DNA from: a virus
Taxonomy: Duplodnaviria; Caudoviricetes
Virus record (IMG/VR): IMGVR_UViG_3300032233_001236
Span: 1-44,071 of that record
Reading direction: 5' to 3' (one strand)
Length of the DNA: 44,071 bases
Position numbers and translations under genes: made by a program. Positions 8,603-18,667 of the stretch are shown one piece after another. How positions within the stretch are numbered: the stretch's first letter is position 1; each line of letters starts with the position of its first letter. Below the pieces are notes generated by a model, which saw only the letters and a list, made by a program, of their open reading frames with translations, ran no database searches and was not told where the DNA came from.

Positions 8603-11600
8603 ATGGCATCATTAACTGGACAAAAGATAAAAGATACATATAAGTCGTTATTAAAATTAAATGATAACGGACAAATAAGTTCTAATTTTAAAAATATATC
8701 TGATGGATCAGGAAGCGCTACTGGACTTTATTTAAAAAGTGATGGAGTAGAAGTTAGTGGATCTTTTGTAGTATCCGGATCTTTAGAAGTATCTGGATCT
8801 ATTTTTATAACTGAAATTTACGGTAATTTATACGGAACCGCTAGTTACGCAATTACAGCTAGTCGAGCTATCACATCATCTTTCTCGCAAACCGCTTCAT
8901 TTGCTCCCAATTATACTACTTTAGTTGGATTTAATTCTTTCACATCTAGCTATAAAGCAGACAGTGGTTCTTTTGATCAAAGGACTGATTTGCTAGAAGC
9001 CGCAATGTCTGGATCTAAAAGACTTTATGTATCTCCTGAAGGATTAGATTCAAATGACGGTACAGAGCCACATAAACCCTTTAAAACTATTAAAGCTGCT
9101 GTAGATAGTTTAGGAGCAAAAAGTCCATATAACGTAAAAAGATATACAATATTTGTTGGATCTGGAGACTATACCGAGCAGAATCCTATCGTAGTTCCAC
9201 CTGGAGTAGCAATAGTTGGAGATAACTTACGTACAGTAAGGTTAACAGCCGCTAATCCAACAAAAGACTATTTTCATGTTTATGAATCTAGCTATTTTTA
9301 CGGACTTAGATTTTTAAATTTAAAGCATCCCGCTTTCTGTTTTTCTTTCCCTTGCTCTACAGCTACAGCTACCATATCAGGGGGACAAGTAACCGGACTT
9401 AATCTTATACACTCTAGCACTGGATACACTGATGGAGTAAATCAGAATATAGACATATTAATAGAAGAACCAGACGCAGCAGGAACTGCTGCAACTGCAG
9501 TAGCAACAATATCTGGAGGAGTAATAACCTCATTCACTATTACAAGCGGAGGATCTGGGTACGTTTTAGGAGAAAAACCACTAGTATCTATTCCGATTGC
9601 TGCTTCTATAAGACCTTTTGTTGCAACTTCTCCCTACATTCAGAACTGCTCCTCAATCACAGGTCCATTTGATACTTCTGGAAATCAAATTTCAGTACTT
9701 ACTCCGCTCCCTTACGATACAAGTAATGTTGATGAGCAAGGTGCTGGTGGAGGAATAAGAATAGATGGAAATCTAACAACTACAACGACTCCATTAAGAT
9801 CGATGGTAGCGGACTCATTTACTCAAGTTAACCAAGGGGGACCTGGTCACTTAGTAATTAATAGGGGATACGCTCAGTTTGTATCTTGCTTCACCACTTT
9901 TTGTACTTATGGTTTTAAAACCGCAGCTGGTGGATTTGCAAACGTATCAAACTCTGTAATTGACTTTGGAAAGTACGGATTAGTTTCTAAAACCTATTAC
10001 CCAGTAGCTTATAATACTGGGTCTTCACTAGAAACTAAAACTTCATCTGTAAGTGGATTTGTTATAGATGAAAATGGAGCTGGATATACTGGATCAATAG
10101 CTGGAGTAACTATTTCTGGTGGTGGTGCCTCAGTAAATGCAACAGCTCAAGCAAGTGTAAATGCAAATGGATCAATAAATGAAATAATATTACTTACCTC
10201 AGGTAGTGGGTATACAGATCAACCTAATGTAGTAATTGCCGCTCCAACTGGAGTTGGAGGAATTCAAGCTACAACTGTAGCAGGAAAAGCCAACATTACA
10301 GGAGTTTCTGAAATGTTAATTAGTTTAGTTAGTGGATCTAGAAGTGTAGATATAAGCTCAAATATGAGACTTAACGGCACTAACTATCTTATCACAGGGG
10401 TTGCTGCTGTAAGTGGACAACCTTCACAAAAAAGAATAACTACCTATCCTTCTCCTTCAAGTATCACAACTGGAAATGTAGTAAATTTCTATGATTTATC
10501 TAATATATCTACTGGAGGTTTAGTTAATGAATATGTTGGTTCTGGAGTAACTTACAACGCATTACCTCAATACGGTGGAATTCCAATAAAACAAAGAGAA
10601 GTTACTCAAATAGCCCCAGGTAAAGTATTTTATGTTACTATTGATAATATAGGTAATTTAACTATTGGAAGTTTCTTTGCTGTTAATCAACTAACCGGTG
10701 AAGTAACAATCAACGCAAATTCATTTAACCTATCAGGATTAAATGCAATAGGACCATTTAAAAGAAATGGAGTTCCTGTTGGAGTAGTACTTCAAGAGGT
10801 AAGTAACAACACAGCTTTAATAAACTCTCAAGGAATTTATGGTGAAGACACAGCACCAACACAATATGCAGTTCAACAATACGTGTCTGTAATAAGTTCT
10901 TCATTATCTTCTAGAATATTACAAAATAGCTCAAGTATAAGTACACTTTCAGCTTCTTATGAAAATTTTAGACTTGTATATAATACGGGGTCATTTACTG
11001 GTTCATTTAGAGGTAACTTTACTGGTAGTTTTACTGGATCTTTAAGTAATCTAAAGGGAAAAATTCAATACATCCCAGCTTTTGCTTCTGTAGATACTTT
11101 AGTTACTAGCTCTATGTATCAAATATACCCACAGAGCATAGCAATCAATCAAGAAGCAATAACCACTGCTGCTCCTGAAGCATTGTATGTATGGCAAGCT
11201 AGCACTTCTTCATTTAATGTAATAAGCGGTAAAGGTAATTTAAATAACTACTTACAGCTCAATATACAAAATACAAATCAAGGAGTAAGCGCATCGTCAG
11301 ATGTAGTTGCAACCGCAAATAACGGAGACGAAACTACGAATTACATAGACATGGGTATTAACGGAGGAAATTTCGTTGGTCCTATTGGCGCAGCTAATGA
11401 TGCTTATCTTTACTCAGCAGGAAGGCATTTACATATAGGTAATGTTTCAAACTATCCGGTTCAAATATTTGCAGGAGGATTTGATACAGATGCTAATAGA
11501 AAAGCAGTATTTAATCCTAGTGGAGCTCATGAAATAACAGGATCTTTAAGAATAACCGGATCATTAACAGTTAGCCACGGAATAACTGGAAGTTTATTTG

Positions 11601-14014
11601 GAACTGCGAGTAATGCAGTTTCTTCCTCATATGCTCTCTCAGCTTCTCAAGCTCAAAATACTACATTATTTGACGGAAGAAGCAGACAAACATTCGCTAC
11701 TACTGGATCTAACTCTTTCTTAGGAACTCAAACAATAACAGGAAGCGTTAGTATTTCAGGATCCACTACTCAAATTGGTAATAATACTCTTCTTGGAACA
11801 ACTCTATTATCAGGTAGTATAACTATTTCAGGATCATTAGGATCTACTATTCCAAGTGTACAAATTTATGGTGACATTAGACAAGCTGGTTACCACAGAT
11901 TCGATCCAGTAACAACAAATATAGATACAAGTATATCTGCTTCTTACATTTATGTTTCTGGCTCTACGAATGACTTATATTTTTCTCAAAATGGATCAGG
12001 ATATAGTAACGTAACACGTCTTCGTTGGTTAGAAGGTAATCTATACACTGGATTGTTAAATGGAGGTGTGATTGGATCATCATCATCCACAGTTTATACA
12101 GTATCAAGTGGTTCTGGTATTATAGTAGATTTAAATGCGTCTCTAAGCACCAATCCATATCCAATTGTAAAGTACATAAATTGGAATGCACTATCTGCTA
12201 GTATTGCTCCACAAACGGGATCGTATGATCAAACTTTTGTAGGTATTGATAATACGGGTAATATATACGCACAAGGAACTCCGTTTATTGCTGATCAATT
12301 TGATACTTTAATTAATGTAGGGATTGTACTTCATCAAAATCGTTCCACAATTAATGCAGTTAAGACACAACCTGGTGTAGCATATGGAGCAGTACAAAGA
12401 AATAATATATTTACTAAAGCATTTGGACCATTAAAACTTTCTGGATTTACTTTAGCAGCTAGTGGATCCTCCACGGGAAGTTTAGTAGTAGGTAGTGGAA
12501 CCGCCTATTCAGACGGGGCATATTACACAGCAAACCCAGATAATCCAAGTTATGTAATAGACAATGGAACTACTACTTCAAAAATATTTAGATATAGACA
12601 ATCTGGATCTCAATGGGTTTATGATACAAACGCAGGAGCAGGCTATGCAGTAATAGACCCAGCAAACTATTCAAATAATGGAGTCTTAACTTCTGTTGGA
12701 TCAGGAAACTTTTCTATACAAAGAGTTTTCTGGTTCCCTAATTCAGTAGCAAAAGCGATAGTAGTTTATTACGGAAATGCTGTATACACTACTTTAGCAA
12801 ATGCAATTGCAAATGTTAATGTAGAATCTTTTGTTGAAGCACCAAATACAGCAGCTAATGCAATATATCTAGGAGCTATTTGTATCTCAGGAGCTAATAA
12901 TGCATCACTTCAAACACCAGCTGACTGTACAATCTTGCCTTCAGGCCTATTTAGGTCTGTTGGAGGATCAGGCGGTGGTGGTTCTACAATCACAACTACT
13001 TTAGCTGGACTTTCAGATGTATCTATAACCGCTCCTACAAATCAACAACCTTTTGCATATAATACTACTTCGGGTAAATGGCAAAATCAATCCACAATCA
13101 CAGCTACTTTAATTGGTAATGCTTCCACAGCAACTACTGCCTCTTACGCACTTACAGCTTCCTTCGCTTTAAATGGCGGCGGTGGTGGTTCTGGAGCAGG
13201 ATTTCCATTCTCTGGATCTGCAGTAATTACTGGAAGTTTATTAGTTTCTTCAAGTTTAAGTGTAATAGGAACCCAAACAATAACAGGAAGTAATGGTAGA
13301 TTAATTTATACAGGAACTACTCCTGGAGCATATCCTACATTAGCAGAAGTACACGCAAACAATGATTATCCTTGGCTGCATAGGTTCTATAACGATACAT
13401 TCTCAACTTCAAGTGCTATAATGGCATATTTTGGTCAGAATGATGGTAGATTTGTATTTCATAACGAATCAACACGTAGTATAGGATTACAAGTAAATGG
13501 ATATAATGCTGAAAATGGATTATTAGTTTATTCGAATAAAGTTGCTTTTGTTAACAATGTTGAAGTAACTGGTTCATTAAATGTAGTTGGAGGAATAACA
13601 GGATCTTTATATGGTACTGCTAGCTGGGCTCAAAATGCATTAACTGCTTCTTATGCTAATAATGCTATTAGTGCTTCATATGCAGACACATTTAGTATAA
13701 AAGAGACTATAACTTCTTATGCTAAAGTAAATTCATCTATAGTAGGATCTAATAATTTATTCACTTCAGCTACTGGAAGCTACACTGCAGGATTTTTAAA
13801 ATATACATTATATAATGGAGCCAATGCCAGATCTGGAGAAATATTTGCAGTGTGGAATGCCGGAAGCACTCAATATACAGATGTATCTACTTTTGATATT
13901 GGGAATACTTCTCAAGCTACTTTCTCTGTAGCAATAGTAAGTTCACAAGTTCAATTTAATGCAGTAACAGCTAACTCTGGATGGACAATAAAAAGTATTG
14001 TGACTTATATATAA
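8603..14014 (+). CDS. Large fibre/spike protein (1803 aa) with a pectin-lyase-like beta-helix region
   Basis: YVSPEG.DSNDG....PFKTIKAA and TIFVGSGDYTE.NP...GVAIVGDNLR (beta-helix lead-in), GSGY..P.V.I repeats, many ITGSL/VSGS and TASYA repeats. Confidence 0.75.
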   Translation: MASLTGQKIKDTYKSLLKLNDNGQISSNFKNISDGSGSATGLYLKSDGVEVSGSFVVSGSLEVSGSIFITEIYGNLYGTASYAITASRAITSSFSQTASFAPNYTTLVGFNSFTSSYKADSGSFDQRTDLLEAAMSGSKRLYVSPEGLDSNDGTEPHKPFKTIKAAVDSLGAKSPYNVKRYTIFVGSGDYTEQNPIVVPPGVAIVGDNLRTVRLTAANPTKDYFHVYESSYFYGLRFLNLKHPAFCFSFPCSTATATISGGQVTGLNLIHSSTGYTDGVNQNIDILIEEPDAAGTAATAVATISGGVITSFTITSGGSGYVLGEKPLVSIPIAASIRPFVATSPYIQNCSSITGPFDTSGNQISVLTPLPYDTSNVDEQGAGGGIRIDGNLTTTTTPLRSMVADSFTQVNQGGPGHLVINRGYAQFVSCFTTFCTYGFKTAAGGFANVSNSVIDFGKYGLVSKTYYPVAYNTGSSLETKTSSVSGFVIDENGAGYTGSIAGVTISGGGASVNATAQASVNANGSINEIILLTSGSGYTDQPNVVIAAPTGVGGIQATTVAGKANITGVSEMLISLVSGSRSVDISSNMRLNGTNYLITGVAAVSGQPSQKRITTYPSPSSITTGNVVNFYDLSNISTGGLVNEYVGSGVTYNALPQYGGIPIKQREVTQIAPGKVFYVTIDNIGNLTIGSFFAVNQLTGEVTINANSFNLSGLNAIGPFKRNGVPVGVVLQEVSNNTALINSQGIYGEDTAPTQYAVQQYVSVISSSLSSRILQNSSSISTLSASYENFRLVYNTGSFTGSFRGNFTGSFTGSLSNLKGKIQYIPAFASVDTLVTSSMYQIYPQSIAINQEAITTAAPEALYVWQASTSSFNVISGKGNLNNYLQLNIQNTNQGVSASSDVVATANNGDETTNYIDMGINGGNFVGPIGAANDAYLYSAGRHLHIGNVSNYPVQIFAGGFDTDANRKAVFNPSGAHEITGSLRITGSLTVSHGITGSLFGTASNAVSSSYALSASQAQNTTLFDGRSRQTFATTGSNSFLGTQTITGSVSISGSTTQIGNNTLLGTTLLSGSITISGSLGSTIPSVQIYGDIRQAGYHRFDPVTTNIDTSISASYIYVSGSTNDLYFSQNGSGYSNVTRLRWLEGNLYTGLLNGGVIGSSSSTVYTVSSGSGIIVDLNASLSTNPYPIVKYINWNALSASIAPQTGSYDQTFVGIDNTGNIYAQGTPFIADQFDTLINVGIVLHQNRSTINAVKTQPGVAYGAVQRNNIFTKAFGPLKLSGFTLAASGSSTGSLVVGSGTAYSDGAYYTANPDNPSYVIDNGTTTSKIFRYRQSGSQWVYDTNAGAGYAVIDPANYSNNGVLTSVGSGNFSIQRVFWFPNSVAKAIVVYYGNAVYTTLANAIANVNVESFVEAPNTAANAIYLGAICISGANNASLQTPADCTILPSGLFRSVGGSGGGGSTITTTLAGLSDVSITAPTNQQPFAYNTTSGKWQNQSTITATLIGNASTATTASYALTASFALNGGGGGSGAGFPFSGSAVITGSLLVSSSLSVIGTQTITGSNGRLIYTGTTPGAYPTLAEVHANNDYPWLHRFYNDTFSTSSAIMAYFGQNDGRFVFHNESTRSIGLQVNGYNAENGLLVYSNKVAFVNNVEVTGSLNVVGGITGSLYGTASWAQNALTASYANNAISASYADTFSIKETITSYAKVNSSIVGSNNLFTSATGSYTAGFLKYTLYNGANARSGEIFAVWNAGSTQYTDVSTFDIGNTSQATFSVAIVSSQVQFNAVTANSGWTIKSIVTYI

Positions 14015-14058
14015 GGTATTAAAAGTTAACATATTTATATGTAATAGATAAAACCCTC

Positions 14059-14082
14059 ATCTTGGGGAGAGTGAACCAAGAT
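14059..14082 (+). promoter_or_regulatory. Leader hairpin with a purine-rich loop before the 84-aa fibre gene
   Basis: ATCTTGG-ggagagtgaa-CCAAGAT, perfect 7-bp stem, no U-tract, 8 nt before ATG 14091 and downstream of ATATTTAT at 14031. Confidence 0.55.
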
Positions 14083-14090
14083 ACAACAAT

Positions 14091-14345
14091 ATGAGTCTAG
14101 AATTTATAGCCCGGAACGGACTAATAGCCCAAAACAATTCTATAGTAACAGGATCTTTAACCGTAACAAACGGAATCACAGGATCGTTTTTCGGTACAGC
14201 ATCAAATGCAGTATCTTCTTCCTACTCTCTATCAAGTTCATTTGCCGTAAGCTCTTCTTACGCGCTTAGCTCTTCTTACGCAGTAACTTCTTCTTTTTCA
14301 ATAACTGGATCTTTTGCTTTAAACGTTGATGGAGGCACATACTAA
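14091..14345 (+). CDS. Mini fibre/adaptor protein (84 aa)
   Basis: N-terminal EFIARNGL, SSS[YF]xx hexapeptide repeats, C-terminal DGGTY. Confidence 0.75.
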   Translation: MSLEFIARNGLIAQNNSIVTGSLTVTNGITGSFFGTASNAVSSSYSLSSSFAVSSSYALSSSYAVTSSFSITGSFALNVDGGTY

Positions 14346-15190
14346 TGCCAATACTAATATCAAATACAGGATTAGGCGGAAGACTTAAGGTCTCTGGAAA
14401 CACTACTGGAGGTTTTAAAGCTAGATATGGAGGAGTAGATGCAGACGCACAAGCATTTTTTAGTAGAGTAACAACCGCTGGAGGAACATTAACTGCAACA
14501 GAACAAACGGCAGTAAATACTCTTGTTGTTTCTTTAAAAAGTGTAGGTATATGGACTTTAATGAAAGCTATTTATCCTATGGTTGGAGCAAGTGCCGCAG
14601 CTTGTGCTCAAAATTTAAGAAGCAGTTCGTTTACAGGTACTTTTTCAAGTGGATGGAGTTTTGCAAGTACGGGTATTACCGCTAATGGTAGCAGTACATT
14701 TATGGACACCGCTTTAACTCCAAGTACAAGTTTATCATTAACTAGTGGACATATTTCTATATACATAAGGACAGACGTTGATGAAGCAAAATGTGATTTT
14801 GGCACAACCAATGGTGCATTTGGTTCGACTGATGAAATATTGTTAATGTCAAGGTATACTGGGTTAGGATTTGTTCCAGTATATACACAATATGGCGGTG
14901 CGGTTGCAAATAGTGATTCAAGAGGTTTTTATATCACAAATAGAAATAATTCAGTTACGAATACTGGAGGATTTAAAAATAATACTAAAGTCGCTAATCT
15001 AGCACAATTTTCAGCAGTCTTACCTCCTTTACCTATTGCAATAGGATGTCAAAATGCAACAAGTAAAACAAGATTTGCATCAAAACAATATGCATTTGCA
15101 TCAATAGGTGATGGCTTAACAGATTCTGAAGCATCTAATTTCTACACAGCAGTACAAGCATTCCAAACTTCTTTAAGCAGACAAGTATAA
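14345..15190 (+). CDS. Putative lectin-like (ConA/LamG-type) receptor-binding head, copy 1
   Basis: Gly-rich N-terminal segment followed by a DADAQAFF.RVT.AGGTL...LSRQV domain; clear paralogue of 17598..18461. The fold is inferred. Confidence 0.65.
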   Translation: MPILISNTGLGGRLKVSGNTTGGFKARYGGVDADAQAFFSRVTTAGGTLTATEQTAVNTLVVSLKSVGIWTLMKAIYPMVGASAAACAQNLRSSSFTGTFSSGWSFASTGITANGSSTFMDTALTPSTSLSLTSGHISIYIRTDVDEAKCDFGTTNGAFGSTDEILLMSRYTGLGFVPVYTQYGGAVANSDSRGFYITNRNNSVTNTGGFKNNTKVANLAQFSAVLPPLPIAIGCQNATSKTRFASKQYAFASIGDGLTDSEASNFYTAVQAFQTSLSRQV

Positions 15191-15396
15191 AAAATAAAAT
15201 TATGATAGGATACAAATTAACCCCAGAACAAAAGGAAGACATTCAAGGAAAAGAATATACTCCTTACCAAATATTCAATTGTGTACAAGACATCAACGAA
15301 ATTTGGTTCACATTCTTAACAGATGAAGACAAACGATCAATAATAGGAACTCAATATGAATGGTTACTACTCTGTCCGCAAGAAGAATACGTACCT
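15159..15396 (+). repeat. Direct repeat, copy 1 (copy 2 at 18430-18667, offset 3271 bp)
   Basis: 75 bp identical (15159-15233 = 18430-18504) spanning gene end, intergenic DNA and next start, then about 90% identity by eye. Confidence 0.92.
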
Positions 15397-15420
15397 ACTG
15401 AGCCAATTCCTATTATCTAA
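15202..15420 (+). CDS. 72-aa partner/chaperone of the receptor-binding head, copy 1
   Basis: Nearly identical to 18473..18691; both copies directly follow a head paralogue. Confidence 0.75.
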   Translation: MIGYKLTPEQKEDIQGKEYTPYQIFNCVQDINEIWFTFLTDEDKRSIIGTQYEWLLLCPQEEYVPTEPIPII

Positions 15421-15438
15421 TAAAATAAAAATAAACAA

Positions 15439-16410
15439 ATGGCACTAACACTATCTACTGGAGGACAAGGAGGAGTATTTACTCTTAGAGGAGGATCTTT
15501 TGGAGGAAGATTTCAAGCTAGTGTTACTCCTCCTGGGTTGTTATTAGACACTTATCCGGGTGCTGCTGCTGCGTATTCATTGCGTAAATTGAGAAGTGCA
15601 TATACTGGTGCTGCAATAAGAGTAAGAAGGTCATTGGACAATATTGAATTTGATATTAATTTTCTTGCAAACGGTGAATTAGATACAACAAATTTACTAT
15701 TATCTTGTGGTGGAACCAATGGTAATGTAGTAAAATGGTATGACCAAAGCGGTAATGGTGTAGATGCTACACATCCTACAGGACCTCAAATAGTTGTTTC
15801 GGGTGTATTACAATTACAAAATGGAAAACCTACACTTACACAAACTGCCGTTAATAGTCAATGGTTAGAAACACCATATTCATTTAATTTAGCCGCAAAT
15901 AAATTAGCATCAATATACAGTATAACAAAAGCTGTTGAATTATATGGTAATTATTATGCCATGCGTAGGAACGCATTAGCTGATTATACAAGTGGAATAG
16001 CATTAATTGCGACTGATACAAGTTTTTTAAATAGAATCAATTTAGGTAGAGGCTCAGGAGGAAGTAATTTTGCTGATACAAATATTAAAGATTGGACATT
16101 CAATTCAACAATACAACAATTAACAAGTGCATTAATATCAACATCAAATATTGCTATATATAAAAACGGCGCTAATCAAACACTAAGTACATCACTTGGA
16201 ACCATGCCGCTATCTGATTGGTTAAGCACAGGTTCTGGATTACACAACATAATATTAGGAGGAAGAAACTATAATAATACAAATAGTCCTTCCGTTACTG
16301 ATCCGACTATGCTAGGAAACTATCAAGAATTTATTTTTTATTTTAGTGATCAATCTGGAAATAATACTGCAATTCAAAATAACATTAACTCATACTACTC
16401 AATATACTAA
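15439..16410 (+). CDS. Carbohydrate-binding head resembling the alpha-L-arabinofuranosidase B (GH54) ConA-like domain
   Basis: AAAAYSLRKLRSAYTGAAIRVRRS.DN...DI.F...G.LDT and VVKWYDQSGNG.DA motifs. Confidence 0.7.
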   Translation: MALTLSTGGQGGVFTLRGGSFGGRFQASVTPPGLLLDTYPGAAAAYSLRKLRSAYTGAAIRVRRSLDNIEFDINFLANGELDTTNLLLSCGGTNGNVVKWYDQSGNGVDATHPTGPQIVVSGVLQLQNGKPTLTQTAVNSQWLETPYSFNLAANKLASIYSITKAVELYGNYYAMRRNALADYTSGIALIATDTSFLNRINLGRGSGGSNFADTNIKDWTFNSTIQQLTSALISTSNIAIYKNGANQTLSTSLGTMPLSDWLSTGSGLHNIILGGRNYNNTNSPSVTDPTMLGNYQEFIFYFSDQSGNNTAIQNNINSYYSIY

Positions 16411-16438
16411 TTAACCTAACCAGATATTTATATAAGAC

Positions 16439-17215
16439 ATGCCAATACAATTAAAAAGAAGTTTAACTTCAGGATCGCTACCTACAACAGCCTCTCTAGT
16501 ACAAGGAGAACTGGCCTTAAATGTGCCAGACGGTAGAATATTCTTACGTAAGTCTGGATCTGGATCAGATACAATCCAATCTGCAATTACTACTGGAGCT
16601 CAAAACTCTGGATCTGTAGTATTGAGTGGATCATTAACTCTTTTCACTACCTCAGGAAGCGCTTTATCAGTAGCTAGTGATACCTTAGAGTTCAATGGTG
16701 ATCAGATGGAGTTTACAGGATCGTTTATAGTCTCTGGAAGCATGACAGTTTCTGGATCTTTAAATGCTGCAAACATAACCGGAAGTTTATTTGGAACAGC
16801 AAGTAGAGCAATAAGTTCAAGCTTCGCAACAAGCGCTTCTTATTCTACTAACGGCTTCCCTTTCTCTGGAAGCGCAGTAATAACAGGATCCTTATCTGTG
16901 TCTGGAAGTGTGAGTGTTTTCACTAATGAATTCACAGTTCAACCTACTGGAGTAACTATAGGAAACATTAGTACAGATACCCATAATGTTACTGGATCAT
17001 TTTCAGTTTCGGGTAGTGTAAACGTTTTAAATAACGAATTTACAGTTCAGACTACTGGAGTAAAGATAGGAAACATTATCACGGATATCCATACAATAAC
17101 AGGATCTCTATCTGTTTCTGGAAGTATTACAGGGTCTATAACAACAGCTTCTTATGCTTTAACAGCTGCATTAGATGAGTTACAAGCATCATTAGTATCA
17201 CAAGTGTACGGATAA
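16439..17215 (+). CDS. Short fibre/adaptor protein with an Mtd-N-like start and an internal 36-aa duplication
   Basis: IQLKRS...G.LP...L..GELALN..DGRIF N-terminus, dense SGS/TGS repeats, NEFTVQ.TGV.IGNI.TD.H repeated at a 108-bp spacing. Confidence 0.7.
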   Translation: MPIQLKRSLTSGSLPTTASLVQGELALNVPDGRIFLRKSGSGSDTIQSAITTGAQNSGSVVLSGSLTLFTTSGSALSVASDTLEFNGDQMEFTGSFIVSGSMTVSGSLNAANITGSLFGTASRAISSSFATSASYSTNGFPFSGSAVITGSLSVSGSVSVFTNEFTVQPTGVTIGNISTDTHNVTGSFSVSGSVNVLNNEFTVQTTGVKIGNIITDIHTITGSLSVSGSITGSITTASYALTAALDELQASLVSQVYG

Positions 17216-17238
17216 ATTAAAAATATAAAATATAAAAT

Positions 17239-17598
17239 ATGCCTATTTCAAAAGTATTATTAAGTGGATCAACTGGCGGTATGCCAATAAAAATTGCCGC
17301 TACTGGCTCAGTTGGAACTACAATCCACGCAACGGGAACAAGCTCAACTACTATAGATGAAGTATGGTTGTACGCAACAAACACATCAGCAGCATCAGTT
17401 AATTTAACGATTGAGTTTGGTTCTACTACAGCACCAGATCAAAATATTATAGTAGCAATTCCATCAAAAAGTGGTTTAAGCATCTGTACTGCTGGGTTAG
17501 TATTAACCGGTACTGGAGCCGCTGCAAGAACCATTACAGCCTTTGCAGGAACTACAAACGTAATAAACATTATAGGATATATTAATAGAATTTCATAA
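17239..17598 (+). CDS. Small beta-rich adaptor protein (119 aa)
   Basis: SKVLLSGSTGG.PIKIAAT...GTTIHAT...DEVWLYATN...GYINRIS; coupled to the next gene by TAATG. Confidence 0.7.
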   Translation: MPISKVLLSGSTGGMPIKIAATGSVGTTIHATGTSSTTIDEVWLYATNTSAASVNLTIEFGSTTAPDQNIIVAIPSKSGLSICTAGLVLTGTGAAARTITAFAGTTNVINIIGYINRIS

Positions 17599-18461
17599 TG
17601 AGTAGGTTTGATTTAAGAACAAGAAGCGGACAAATATCTGCAATAATTCAAGGTCAAGCAGCAACATCAATTGATGCTGATTCACAAGCATTTTATGATA
17701 GAGTGACTGCCGCTGGTGGAACTTTAAGTGCAACTGAGCAAACGGCAGTTAATACATTAACAGTAAGTTTAAAAGCGGCTGGTATTTGGACATTAATGAA
17801 AGCAATCTATCCAATGGTCGGAGCAAGTGCTGCTGCTTGTGCACAGAATTTAAAGAGCAGTTCCTTTACGGGAACATTTTCAAGTGGGTGGACTTTTGCA
17901 TCAACAGGTGTTACTCCAAATGGAGCAAGTGCCTACATGAACACCGATTTAACTCCAAATGCTATTTTGACACCTGCATCATTTCATTTAAGTTATTATT
18001 CAAGAAGCAATAATGCAATTGCATCTGATTTTGATATGGGATGCGGACAACCTGCTGGACAATATTCTAACTCAATGTTTATAAGGCGGTCAGGTGATAC
18101 AGCAGCATTTGATAGTAGTAATTCAAGTGGTGTTGTTAGAATATCTGCATCATCACAAACAAACTCTCAAGGTTTTTATGTTGGTTCTATAAGAAGTACA
18201 AGTGACCGTATTTTAATTAAAAATGGAGTTACAACTATAGCATCATCAACTGCTACAAATAGTAATGACTTACATGATTCAAAAATATTATTAGCGGCTT
18301 ACAATAGTACAAATTTTGGTGCGCCTACAATAAGTCCAATTTTGTACGGAAGCAAAGAATGTGCTTTTAGTTCCATAGGAGATGGATTAACTAATACACA
18401 AATATCAGATTTCTATACGGCAGTTCAAACATTCCAAACTTCTTTAAGCAGACAAGTATAA
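17598..18461 (+). CDS. Putative lectin-like receptor-binding head, copy 2
   Basis: Paralogue of 14345..15190 with a different N-terminal segment (MSRFDLRTRSG) and a divergent middle. Confidence 0.65.
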   Translation: MSRFDLRTRSGQISAIIQGQAATSIDADSQAFYDRVTAAGGTLSATEQTAVNTLTVSLKAAGIWTLMKAIYPMVGASAAACAQNLKSSSFTGTFSSGWTFASTGVTPNGASAYMNTDLTPNAILTPASFHLSYYSRSNNAIASDFDMGCGQPAGQYSNSMFIRRSGDTAAFDSSNSSGVVRISASSQTNSQGFYVGSIRSTSDRILIKNGVTTIASSTATNSNDLHDSKILLAAYNSTNFGAPTISPILYGSKECAFSSIGDGLTNTQISDFYTAVQTFQTSLSRQV

Positions 18462-18667
18462 AAAATAAAATTATGATAGGATACAAATTAACCCCAGAAC
18501 AAAAAGAAGACATTCAAGGAAAAGAATATGCACCTTACCAAATATTCAACTGTGTACAAGACATCAACGAAGTTTGGTTTACATTCCTAACCGATGACGA
18601 CAAACGATCAATAATAGGAACTCAATATGAATGGTTATTACTCTGTCCACAAGAAGAGTACATACCA
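18430..18667 (+). repeat. Direct repeat, copy 2
   Basis: Matches 15159-15396. Confidence 0.92.

Noticed and set aside
14430-18667. Diversity-generating retroelement template/variable repeat pair
   Set aside because: Differences are mostly synonymous, involve all bases rather than adenines only, and both copies are coding; no reverse transcriptase in the window.
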